From Schizochytrium sp. TIO01 (Eukaryota > Protista > Bigyra: Labyrinthulomycetes), in NCBI GenBank assembly GCA_004764695.1, contig SMSO01000031.1, forward strand, positions 1,092,436 to 1,156,435: 64,000 nucleotides of DNA, in the 5' to 3' direction. Position numbers and translations under genes: made by a program. The notes beneath the pieces were generated by a model. That model was not told the DNA's origin, searched no databases, and was given only the letters and a program-made list of their open reading frames with translations. Below, piece by piece: positions 1 through 11,629 of this stretch. The first letter of the stretch is position 1, and each line of letters begins with the position of its first letter.

Positions 1-16
1 TCGCTGCCACCACCAT
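1..16 (-). CDS. possible start (MVVAA...) of a gene running off the left edge
   Basis: Minus strand reads ...ttatcaaaATGgtggtggcagcga, with A at -3 and G at +4. Only 5 codons are visible, so it cannot be confirmed. Confidence 0.25.
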
Positions 17-692
17 TTTGATAAGCAGATTAGGTTGGCTAGCTCCTACACCGGTAGAATGAGTTCCTGGACCAACAATCTCATTCGGCACCTAGGCTCC
101 TCTCACCCCACTCATTATGAAGCTTACATACATACATACATGCAATGCATACACAGCAATACACCTGGGCGAGCAAGACCTCCAACTCCAAGATTCGAAA
201 TTCGAAGCAGGGCCCGCAATCCGAAGGCCCCAATCCACTCCCCTTCGCAGCGCCACAGGGTTTTCAGTTCATTTTTAATTGTGCCTCGCTCGATTTTGTT
301 CAGGGCGGACGTGCAGCTCGATCTTTACCAGGTCGGCATGCGCGAATCGCGATGTCTCTGGCACGAATCTTCGCCTTCGACGAATTATTCATTCATTTTG
401 TTGCTTGCTGCTGCTGCTGCTGTGTTATCCTGGTTCGCAGCAAGAAAGAGTAACAGATTCAATCATCCCTCCATTCACGCGTCGCTTCTCCGCGTGCTCG
501 CACACCCTCGCCATTCGCTCGTCGCGCTGCAATGCGAATGCGGCACTTGCCAAGCCAAACAAAGATCGTGTCTTCGCCGCAGCACTCCAAGTCTTCAGGG
601 TGGGCCTCGTAAGCTTTTGTCCCGAGACCAAAGCAGAGCAGAGCAGAGCATATTTAGTTAGTTAGTTAGTTAGTTAGTTGATCCAAGAGGTC

Positions 693-694
<2 letters not shown>

Positions 695-752
<58 letters not shown>

Positions 753-754
753 TC
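695..754. repeat. (TTTC)n microsatellite, ~15 units
   Basis: Read directly from the sequence. Confidence 0.95.
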
Positions 755-2260
755 CTTTTCCTTTTCCTTTTCTTTCTTTTCTTTTTTCACGCCCACTAAG
801 AGGACTGTGAATTAGCACGCAAACACACTTAGGGTATGGATCGATAGGGTGACGAGGTCTTCCTTCTTAGGGTACTACTATAATGCGAATCCACTTGTTT
901 TCAAAACCGCCTGTTAAACTTTTTTTCTTTTTTTCTTTTTTTATAAATAACAATCCATCTTGCTGCCTGCCTGGGCATTGCTAAATGTTTTTGTTTTAAA
1001 GTGTTTCCAGTGCCTTTTTGTTGCTGTTGTTGTTGTCGTTGTCGTCGTTGTTGTTGTTGTTGTTGCTTTCCCCCCTTCTCAGAATCAAGCAAACGGAGCG
1101 AGAGTTTATTTACAATAATTAATTAATAGGGTGCGCCGCCCGCACTTTTCCTTTGACTTCCACTTTCCTTCTGTCGATCAAGACGAGGGTTGCGATGTGC
1201 TTTGATTAAGAGGAACCTTCGAAGATAAAGCACACAGGTGAAGTGGAGGAAGGTTTTGGTGTCTCTGTCGTGCTTTTGCTCTCGAGGGTGGTCTTGGATA
1301 CGAGTGGGTTCGCGATTCCGCGCGCTTTGTTGTTCTTCAAATAATTGGTAAAATGATACTTTCATCTTCATTTTAAAACTAACGCTGTCGAGTGAAACAG
1401 CTACTACTATACTTAGCCATCTTAAAGAGAAAATTGCCCTTTTAAAACAATATTCTCAGAGAATGTTTTTAAGTTAGCCCACTCATTTATCTATTTTTTC
1501 CTTTGCCTACGAATCACCTAACCCATATGTAGGCCTCCCTGCTTGGCGCGCGACGTCTGGCTTTGTTGTTTTGTTTGAATGTTTCTTTCTTTGAGTGCGG
1601 CTCCTTTTTTTTCCTCTGGGCGAGGGAACGGTCTTCACAAGCATACAAACAACAATGAAAACAACACAAACAAAGAAATAAACAAACAAACAAACAAACA
1701 GCCAGTTAGCCATCCATACAAACAACAAAATAAATAAACAAGCAAATAAATAAATAAATAAATAAATAAATAAACGACCAGACAGCCAGCCCGGACGAAA
1801 TCCAGTGGCACCACCTAGTCAGCAGACGGACCAGTCGCCCGAAGATAGTCATCAAACGAAGCTTCGAGTTCTTGGGGTTTCGAGCTCTTCTGGGGACACT
1901 CTGCTTTCTGCTTTCATTTCAATTCAAAGCATGTTTTGAGACTAGCTAGCGAAATGGGAAAATTCATCACTCCAAAATTAACTTTTACTTCATCAATGAA
2001 ATACTTTCCAATCAAAATCTGAAAGAAAGAAAGAAAGAAAGAAAACATTTTTATCTTAAAATATTATTTTTAACTTCAGATTTACGCTACTCTTTCTTTC
2101 CCGGCACTTCCATAATGAAGTCTATGATGCTCCTCCGCCACCCCATTAGCTTCCTGGAAGGGCCCAAAGATTCTCTCTGTGAGGAGATCGAATCTAGTCA
2201 CGGTCTGAACGGCCTGCGCTGCTGTGTGATTCAGCTTGGACCAGACAGAGGTTACTTACT

Positions 2261-2318
2261 ATGAATGAATGAATGAATGAATGAATGAATGAATGAATGA
2301 ATGAATGAATGAATGAAT
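2261..2318. repeat. (GAAT)n microsatellite
   Basis: Read directly. A longer imperfect tract of the same unit lies at ~8992-9093. Confidence 0.95.
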
Positions 2319-4473
2319 ATCGTTCTATGATTTATAAACTATCAAGCGAAAGGCCGCCAAAGCAAAGAAAAGAGGAGAAAGGAGGTCGCTTCCGCTGGGA
2401 CTGTGCAGAGTCTTTGTAAGAAAGCAGAGAGGGTGGAGCCCCCTCCTCACCCTTTCTGAAGCGGCATCTCTCACTCTCCGCTCGCACGCTGCAATCCGCC
2501 CTTGCTCAGGCGCTCTTTCTTCTTCTTTGTTTGGTACGCATATTCATTGATTCATACATTCGCTATCTCTTCCTCTCTTTCATTCACGAGAACCAAGAAG
2601 AGCTTAAACTTTTGGAGGTTTCGCACTTTTTATGTTGGAAGGCTTTCTTTCTTTCTCCCTTTCCATCCATTTTTGCTTTTTCTTTTCTCCATTTCTCCAT
2701 ACCTATTTATCTATCTTTACGGTACCCACTAGCCGAGAGCGTAAGTAGTCCTACTACGAGTCCGCGACAACGCCTCTTCTATTTTCCCTTTCTACCGCGC
2801 CACTTTCTCGGCGATTAGCGGAACCCCCTCTTTAAGTTTGTATGAGCACGTAAATCGCGCACAGCGCCTCTGCTGGCCACTTGTGTGCGCAATGGCCACG
2901 GTAGGGAGGAGCGCTTAGTGCCCGCCAGATGGCAACTCCACGGACGCACGACGATAATGATCGTGCTATCGCAGAGAGGAGTGTCGTGAACGCCAATGCT
3001 TTGGCAAAAACAAAGCCAAAGCCGCCGTTGGTCTCTGCTTCTGCTCAGTCCGGGACACCCCAAAGTTCCTCCGCATCTTCTCTCTTCAGGAGTTCACTCG
3101 TCATGCTCCACTCCTCTCCATCCAAAGCCTCTTTTTCTGGCGAACGATTACAAGTAGAGTAACTCAAGCATCATCATCATCATCATAGAGCGTGCGTTCT
3201 TTCGTTGTTCTGTTCCACCCACAACTAAAGCTAGCTAGGTTCGATACACCGCGTCCGGTATAGCCTCAGGACCACCCTACAAACGTGTAGGACTGCAGAT
3301 ACGAGTGTGCGTCGCGTACAAGACCACCCTTCCTCGTGCTATCTGATCCCGCTCTGAATCACCCTGCGATTCAGCTGTCCTTTTTGACGACGGCCGAGAG
3401 AGACTCGAACACACTACAAACTTAGAATGGCATAGAATACAGTATGCATTAGCTAGGTGTTTTGCTGTCGCATTGCTACCACTGCCTCTAATACACAAAG
3501 GTGCTGCTGATGATTGTATGTATTGTTGTGGCGGACGATATTCAACTATTTATGCGAAGAACTTGAAGGAAAGAATATTTGGAATACTATTATGATATAG
3601 TACAGTAGACGGACATTTTGCTGTGAATAAAGTTGATTTATTGCGGCGCTTTGCACGCTTAGTTTCGGAAGAGAGGAAAGCGAACGACGACAATCAATCG
3701 CACCTACTTCAACTCACGTTCCTCTGCGACGGCCAAATGAATGAATAAAAGAATAGACAATGGAACTCATTCGATCGAAAGCAATAAGTAATAAGTAAAA
3801 AGGGGCCGAAGTTCTGTCAGAAAGCAAAAGCGAAGGCGCATCAAATAATAAAACAACTGAGAACACCTGCTAGCATCACCTACCCATTAGCTAGGTGTGC
3901 CTAACCGTAGAAGAAGCAGAAGAAGAAGAAGAAGAAGAAGAAGAATTGGGGCTAGTTATACTACAATAAAGCACTCACTCAGCCAATCGATATTTTATTA
4001 ATTTCTAGAGTGATCGATCAATGGAATGGGCGGTGAGAAAGAAGAAGTCGAAGAAGGGGCCGTGATCAACAGAGGTTGATGGTCTTCGAAGCATCTCTGT
4101 GGACTTGGGAGGGTCCGGGAGAGGGCCGGAGAGAGCAGTTCCTTGAAAAGGCAATGGCCATTCCGAGGTAATGGAAAGGAGGCGCGCTTTTCGAATCTCG
4201 CGCTGCTCTGAATTACGCGGCTGACTGACTGACAGCTTTGCAAGCAAATCTTTCGAGTTGGAGCGCCTAGCTAGCCACTACTACCATTTCCAGTAGCTGC
4301 AGCTAGGGCTTCAAACTAAGTTTTGTGTTTTGATTGAATTCCCTTCTTCTACTGTATCATGAGTTCGGCAAAAGGAAAACTTTTCCTTTTCTCTTTTCTC
4401 TTTTCTCTTTTCTCTTTTTTCTGTAATCAATCGATCAATGAAAACAAACTTTTGAATTAAAATGTCTCATGCT

Positions 4474-4531
4474 TTTATTTTAAGATAGAAATAAAAATAA
4501 AATTTATTTTAAGATAGAAATAAAAATAAAA
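4474..4531. repeat. 29-bp AT-rich tandem duplication (tttattttaagatagaaataaaaataaaa x2)
   Basis: Two adjacent copies read directly. Confidence 0.85.
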
Positions 4532-5187
4532 ATTGTCCATGTAGACCCTTGGGACTCGAATCCTGCGTTGCGATGAACCACGGGAACACACCTTCTTCAT
4601 TTCATTTCATTTGATACCAACTCATTGCGGTGTGCAGCCAGAGCGAGCTCAAGCGAAACAAAGTTGCAGATTCTTCCGACGCGAGACGCGAATAGCGCAT
4701 TCGGCGCGAAAGGCTCTGAAGCGCTCGAACAGAACTCGAAGAGAAGAGAAGAGAACCTCCTCAGCTCAAGCGATCGAATCATCGATCCGCACCGCTGTCA
4801 TCTTCTTCTTCTCTGTATCTACCTCCCTTTTAGTCAAAAAGAAGGAAGTGCTCCGGATGGGGTGTGCACCTTCCCTTGTTAGCCGCGTCATCAGCGAAAA
4901 CACTAGGCCCGTGTGGCGCTGTTGAGTCAAGTCTACTTAGTTCTCATCCAGTTGGTTTCGAAGGTGCTGATTGATACATAAATTGGGATCTTCGCTCCCT
5001 CCATAACGGATGAGGTGGATGGATATGTGACATTTGGGGCAAACGACAGCAAGAGATGATACCAATAAAGGGGCGGTGTAGCGCTTTCTCTCCATCGCAC
5101 TATCCATTATAAAGTTACGAGGCAGGTAGCACTCGCACTGATTTATTTGTGTCAATCTCATTGATTCACAAATTGATTCATTATTCC

Positions 5188-5230
<43 letters not shown>

Positions 5231-8200
5231 TCCACTTTCTCATGTAAGTTTCGCAGAGAAAATGTACTGCACACTCTTTTTGAAGAGGCTTATCGCCGCC
5301 TTTCCGCCGCCCTTGCTCCCTTTCAACTTTGAAAGTTGATACTAAGATCGACATATACTTTTAATAAAATGAGCTTTTTATTTTTATAAAATTAACTCTT
5401 TTAAAAAATAAAATTAAAATTAAAGAACAAAATCAAAATATTCATTTCATTTGAAACAATACTACAAATAACTAAATTGGCCATGCTCGCCCAGTTCCAA
5501 GTGCAAATGCCTTCCACTTATTCTCTGCATTGATTCACTCATTGATTCACTCACTCATTGATGATACATTGATACATTGATAGATTCCTCTTCGAGGTTC
5601 GTCAATTCCGCCTCTGCGTTAATCAACAACCCTCGCACCGCTGCCGCCACCCCAAGATGCGAGCTTTCGCCATCGAGAATGCCTTCCTTCAAGCAGGACA
5701 TCCTGCGACTACTCGGGTTTCCACCCTCGCAGCAAGCACATCACTTATCTCGCGGTCATTGATTGGTTCAAGTGCACGATCGATCATGTGCGTATGTATG
5801 TATGTATCTATGTATGCATTTATGTTTGTATGTGTAGTATGCATGAAATTGCATCCTTTGCTCGATGACATCAGTTGGGGCCCTCGAAGATCGACCGATG
5901 ATGAGTTTGTTTTTACAAGGATGCAATAACGCGATCTTGTTGACCTTTTGAGTGTCGCTCAGATCGACATGCCTTCAAATGAGCGAGTGAATACAAAGAA
6001 TCTCAGCCAAGAAGGCATTCATGGGTTGGTTGACGATTCGTGGTGATAAATAACAAACAAGCAAGCAAGCAAGCAAAGAAGAAGCATGCCGACAGGTTTG
6101 AGGCGGAACAACCTCAACTTGAGCCTCGAGAAGAGGCTGCCTTGAGCAAATAAATAAACCAAGAACAGCCAAAGCTCATGTGAATGCAATGCCGTCAGTT
6201 GCTGCCAAAAATCCCACCCAACACAAATGCGGTTTTCTTCGCTCGCTCGCGAAAGAGGAGAAGATTCGAGCCGCCTCAGAGACCGAAGCAGGAAAGGGCT
6301 TCCAAGAGTACCTTTTTACAAGTCCACCAAAAAATAAATGAATAAATGTATATAAATAAGTGAATATGTAAATCTGTAAATAGCACAATCAAGAAGGAAA
6401 GAAAGCAATAGGATGGTAGTGCCCAAGATGGCAGGTGAAAGGAAACTCAAGCGCTTCTCACTCATTGGCTTCCCATTCATTGGCTGACTTTCAATGCCCA
6501 AGATGCGAAGGCTCACACGATGGGGCGTGCCCTGAGTGGAATTCATTGCGAAGCACTCTCGGCATAAAACTGGCTCGTAAAGTCCCTTCGATTGTGCAAC
6601 TAAACTTGCAGGCGAAGAAACAGCGATGCCCCGAAAACAAATAAATAAACCCACCCTGTCGGTGCACCGCTTTGGCCCAGGGTGGCTTTGCTCGAGCATG
6701 GGGAAAACAAAGTTCAAGTTGAGTGAAAGTTGTACTTTGCTGGTTGAATATCTTCATCGTGCAGACAAATCATCATCAACGATTTTGGGGTGGCGGAAGA
6801 AGCTCAATTTGTAGCCAGATAGCTGCTTGCTAGTTGCTTAGAGATTAGTTGGGGCGGGAATAAGTCTCCTACTTTCTTGTGATGCAGGTAGATGGATAGA
6901 AGTTGGAAACTTATACCTCTGATGGTTTAGTATTCGTTCTATCGAAGATCGAGTCGATGGTAAATGAGCTCATGATGTGCAAAAGGCAATAGCCCCAACT
7001 TGAAATTGAAATTGACTGCGCGAGTTGGAACTCGAACGATACGAATTTTCTCACCGCGGAGTCCGCATGGGGCTGCATGATGGAAACCTTACATTGCTCT
7101 TGTCATGTCGCGAATAATCAAGTTATCTTTCAAGAGGTAGAAGAAGAAGATCTTGCTTGGTAGGAAATTTGAGGACGCAAGGACGGGGTTCGACATCGAG
7201 TTGGTTTGAGAGGAAGCTGTCCTTGAGTGCTTTACAGAGAGGCGGCACGGTCGATTCGTACATTTGCGCTAAGTAATTCTTTGTTTTTTTTAGTTGCTTT
7301 GCTTTGCTTTACATCGATCGATCCTTATTCCAAGATCACCTCTTGAATAAATGAAAAGTGAATTGCACCTTGCATTTGAGGGTGGAAGCCTGGGCACCTG
7401 CATATCTACCTGCCCAGTGAGACTAAGGATGACGCAAGAGCGTCTCCAATCCGTTTCACCTTGAAGTCTCCTGGGTGATTTTGATTTCTTTTGGAATGGG
7501 ATAAGTCGCTCAGAGTGAGATTCAAGCTGCCAGGATTTCGATCCTGATCCCTGGTCCCCGATTCGCTATTCGCTGCTTACAATCAATCAACCAGTCGATC
7601 GGTTAAGCAATCGATCAATTAACTAATCGATCTTCAGTTAGATGCCATACCAGAACCTGCCAGCCACTGCTTGATCGAGCGTGGCTTTGGAATATCAGCA
7701 TTTCTCCGCAAAGATCTCACTTGAATTGGAATCAGCAGAAATCATCGTAGATTTCCAAGGTTCCGAGCTTGTTATGACTACGAAGATGACAGCTTTTGGG
7801 GCCCAAATGTGCTTGTTGCCTTGCTTTGTTAATTGTTTTGTTTGTTTGTTTGTTTGTTCGATTGATTGATTCATTCATTCATCGACTCATTTTATCGGTG
7901 AAATGAGGTAAATTGCTAAATCTTGAAATTGTAATTCGTAGCACAAGCATCGCCATCGCCACGATTTCTCGAGGTACGAATCTTCCACGAGACTAGATGC
8001 GATTTGCAGTCATTCATCTCCCTGCTCCATCTCGCCCGTGACCCATGGCTCGGCTCCTGGCACCCAGTCTTCTCGCTCTCGCCTTTTCCTGCAAGCAACC
8101 AAGCAACCCAAGCAACCAAGCAAGCGAACGCGAGAATGGAATAAATGCTCCTGAGCTGCAGCAGCGTGGCTCGCGAAGACAAAGCAGCGGCACTTACGAT

Positions 8201-10000
8201 ACTTTCCACCCTCTAAACCCATGTAGGGTGCGCCCACAGAAGGTTTACTTATCTTGGATCTGTGTAGTGAGTAGCTTGGAATAGTAGTAGGAGAGAAACA
8301 AGCCATGTGTGTGTTTCTTTAGTATAAACAAGTTACTGATTTAACTTTCATTGAAGTTTTCTAATTTTAAACAAAAATACTGACAACATAAAAGTTCTAT
8401 TCTCTAGGATAGCAACTGGACTTCCTTCTTTTTTCCCCTCAGCCGCTTTTTAAATAAACAAAATATATTTCAACCATTTTTTTAAAGTAAATTAAATTTA
8501 TTTTCAAGTTGATGAATTATAAATCACAAAATCGTTTTTATTTTGGTTATTTTGAAGGATGACTTTGATTCGTAATTTCTCTCCTTCAATGACCCAGAGC
8601 GACGACGACAATACCATATGATAGGTAGGCAATTGTTTCTTTGTTTCTTCGTTTCTAAAACCTTTTAAAACCAACTAAAGTCTAGTGAAGGTGGCGGGAT
8701 CACATGAGGTGCATAAATAACTCACACCAATGCTACACGAATGAATGCATCTTTTCCTGAGAGCCAAGAAACGCCCCTTGTAGCAGCAGTCCTTCCTTCC
8801 TTCCTTCCGTCAGTCAGTCAGTCAGTCGTTCCTCCACGCACCCTAACAACCGAAGGCGACGCGAGCGCCACAATGAATTGAATGAAACGAAGGAGAATGC
8901 CCCAAACTTCCTTATCACAGCACTGTGCTTACGCCTAATCGCGATCTTGAAGTATCGGTCTTAGAGATCAGAATCTGTGAATGCGGGAGTTATGAATGAT
9001 TGAATGCATGAATGAATGAATGAATGAATGAATGCAATGAATGAATGAATGAATGAATGAATGAATGAATGAATGAATGAATGAATGAATGAAGGACCTT
9101 ACAGCAGAGAAACTACAACGCATCACGCCTCGTGCTTAGGCGATTCAGGGCACTCGTAGATTCGATCGGCCCGGCTGTAAGTAAGTACGTAAGACAGTGC
9201 GTAAGTTAAAGCCATGAAGCCAGTATTTCAAGATATGTTCATTCAACATCCACGCTGTTCTTGAATTGAACGCGTTGCATTGGCATTCAAGAGTGCCGCC
9301 ATGAAGCACGGCCGCTGAATGACAGGATGGATCTTCGAGGTGAAAAGAACCGCAGCTCCTGAGAACTCTGAAGAGGAGATTATGCTTATGCAGACAGAAC
9401 TTTCGCGTGCGAGTTATGGCTTCGCCGGCGATCGAGACGCGAAAGCCATCGCTAGAATGGAGAGGAGGATCCTTGAAAGTCGCACTGGCAGGGTGAACGC
9501 GATTGACGCGGCTCAGAAGTGCCGCGACACCGATCATGAGTCAATAAAGTTGAAGCGAAGGCCAATTAAACTCATTTCTTTCAAGATTGTCATGTAATGC
9601 GCAAGTTAAGAAATGGGATTGGCTTTTTTAATCAAGGGTGGGTTTCGTGCTTATTGAGCGTTATCCATCCATCGAGACTCGAAGGAAGCACGTACGTATG
9701 AGCCGCTTCAAACAATGAGACTTTGACAGCCATCAATTCTCCTCCTCGCCACCCTTTTTTGGAGTTAATCGACAAATCAATTGCTTGCTTACAGGTTACC
9801 TCTCCTTGGATGAAGTTTTATAGACATTCTTCACATATCCAGCATCGATGAACCACCCATTCATTAGTCATTCATCCATCCATTCAGTCAGTCATTCAGA
9901 CATTCAGTCATTCCGAGATTCAATTATGTTGATAACTCCGCAGCTCCAACAGAAGCAAAGGCTCCTTCAGTTGATCAGTTGATGAGCGATTTGAAGAACT

Positions 10001-10048
10001 CCAAGACTTTCTTTGTAGACAGCGCCAAGACTTTCTTTGTAGACAGCG
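10001..10048. repeat. perfect 24-bp tandem duplication (ccaagactttctttgtagacagcg x2)
   Basis: Read directly. Confidence 0.95.
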
Positions 10049-10629
10049 TAATCCACTCAGAGCACGAGAAGAAGAACAAGGCGGCGGCCTGGAAGTGGAG
10101 GACGTTCACCCTGAACGATATCGAAGAATCCAACCGCCGCGTGTCTCTGCGTGCATCGAACTCCTCGACTCCGGCACAGTGCGTCTGTTTCTTGGTTTCT
10201 TTCCGCGGCTTGTTCTGGAGGGAGTTAAGATTTCATCAAATCGCTTCACATTCGACTCCTGCCTAAGGGGTCGAATGGGCACTTCGAATCAAATGCGATG
10301 CGCTCTCGTCGATGGAAAGAAAGAAATGCCGCACAAAGCATATATACAAATGCATGCATGCAAAGCGTACGCATTACACATATGCATGCAAAGCGTATGC
10401 ATTTCGCAGTGAGCACGTTCGTGGATAACTAACTAATTAATCAATTGATCAATTTCACGCGATGGCGATCTCGATCTCGATCAATCAATCAATCAATCTC
10501 CGCCGCCATTCCTTTGTGGGTTTCAAGTTGCCTCCACCGCGGTCTTGAGGAGGGAGGGTCCCGATCTTGACTCCTCGTTCTCGATGTGCTGAGATCTTGG
10601 TCGTCGTTCCCAAGAAGTCGATGAGCGCA

Positions 10630-10720
10630 CTTCTTCTTCAAGATCTTCTTCAAGATCTTCTTCGAGTTCTTCTTCGAGTTCTTCTTCGAGTTCTTCTTCA
10701 AGTTCTTCTTCGAGTTCGAG
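10630..10720. repeat. 12-bp minisatellite (cttcttc[ag]ag[at]t)n, ~7 units
   Basis: Read directly. It produces the spurious (LEEE)n and (KKNS)n ORFs. Confidence 0.9.
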
Positions 10721-11564
10721 AAAGCAAAAAAACGCCCCAAGGGAACTCAGCTTGTTCAAGTGACTTGACTGTTCAAGCTCTAACTAAAGGCGCTCACATC
10801 GCACCTACTCCCAGCTGAACCGAGGCACACGCTTGTGTGAGCGTGAGTGGAGAGGAAGAGAGAGAGAACGAAGCCTCTGATTCTTCTCCTTCTTCTCCTT
10901 CTTCTTCTTCTTTGTGAGCTTTCTTCATCTTTCTTCAAGATAATTTGATCTTTATGCGAGAAAGAAAGAAAGGAAGGAAGGAAAAAGGCGGCTGAGGCTG
11001 GCTGATGATGTCTGTCTGTCTGTCTGTCTGTTGTGCACTTGAAGGGTGAAAGAGGATTTTGAAAGTGGCTATTGAGACGCCGTAGAGCTGAGAGAAGACC
11101 TCAAGTGGAGAAGGTATCGCATCTTCGCTTGCGTCGAATCAATGGTTCAGCCTCAACAGGAGCCAAAAGGTACACTCTTCTTTCTCTTTTTCTTTCTAGA
11201 TATACTAGAGGGACCACAACTTTACTGGTCGATGCTTTTTTTCTTTTCTTTTCTTTTTCTTTTCTTTTCTTTTAAAAAATAAACATAAACATAAAATTTT
11301 CATTTATCTTTTCTTTTTCTTTCTTGTTTGAGAGAGATATTTTATAATTTCATGAACTTTGACGTTTTTTTTTGGTTTTTTTTTTTTCAGGCTACTATTT
11401 TTAAGATTTAAAAATAATATATTTTTATATTAATTTGTTTTTCAACTAGTCTTTTTTCTTTTCTTTTTTCCGAATGAAAGCGACTTTTGATCGAACAAAA
11501 AAGATCTCGGGATTTCTTGCCGATGCCACTGCGACACCCTTAGAAATGCATGCTTTTCCAGGAT

Positions 11565-11629
11565 TGCTCAAGTTTTGAGTCAAATAATGCTCAAGTTTTG
11601 AGTCAAAAATGCTCAAGTTTTGAGTCAAA
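11565..11629. repeat. three identical 20-bp units tgctcaagttttgagtcaaa at 22-23 bp period
   Basis: Copies at 11565-11584, 11588-11607 and 11610-11629. Each is quasi-palindromic and contains TGAGTCA. Confidence 0.95.

Noticed and set aside
3500-3630. IVVADDIQLF resembling a reverse transcriptase YADD motif
   Set aside because: No Tyr/Phe before ADD, no other RT motifs, and stops immediately downstream.
4540-4600. tRNA T-arm-like ggattcgagtccc on the minus strand
   Set aside because: No acceptor, D or anticodon arms can be built.
6735-6825. Kinase-like fragments LVEYLH and IINDFGVAEE in adjacent frames
   Set aside because: The HRD catalytic loop is absent, the spacing is too short and no other subdomains are present; chance cannot be excluded.
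10523-10759. Acidic (LEEE)n ORF
   Set aside because: Product of a 12-bp minisatellite, open in several frames, with no ATG start.
11565-11629. CRISPR-like palindromic direct repeats
   Set aside because: Only 2-3 nt between repeats (no spacers), no cas genes, eukaryotic context.
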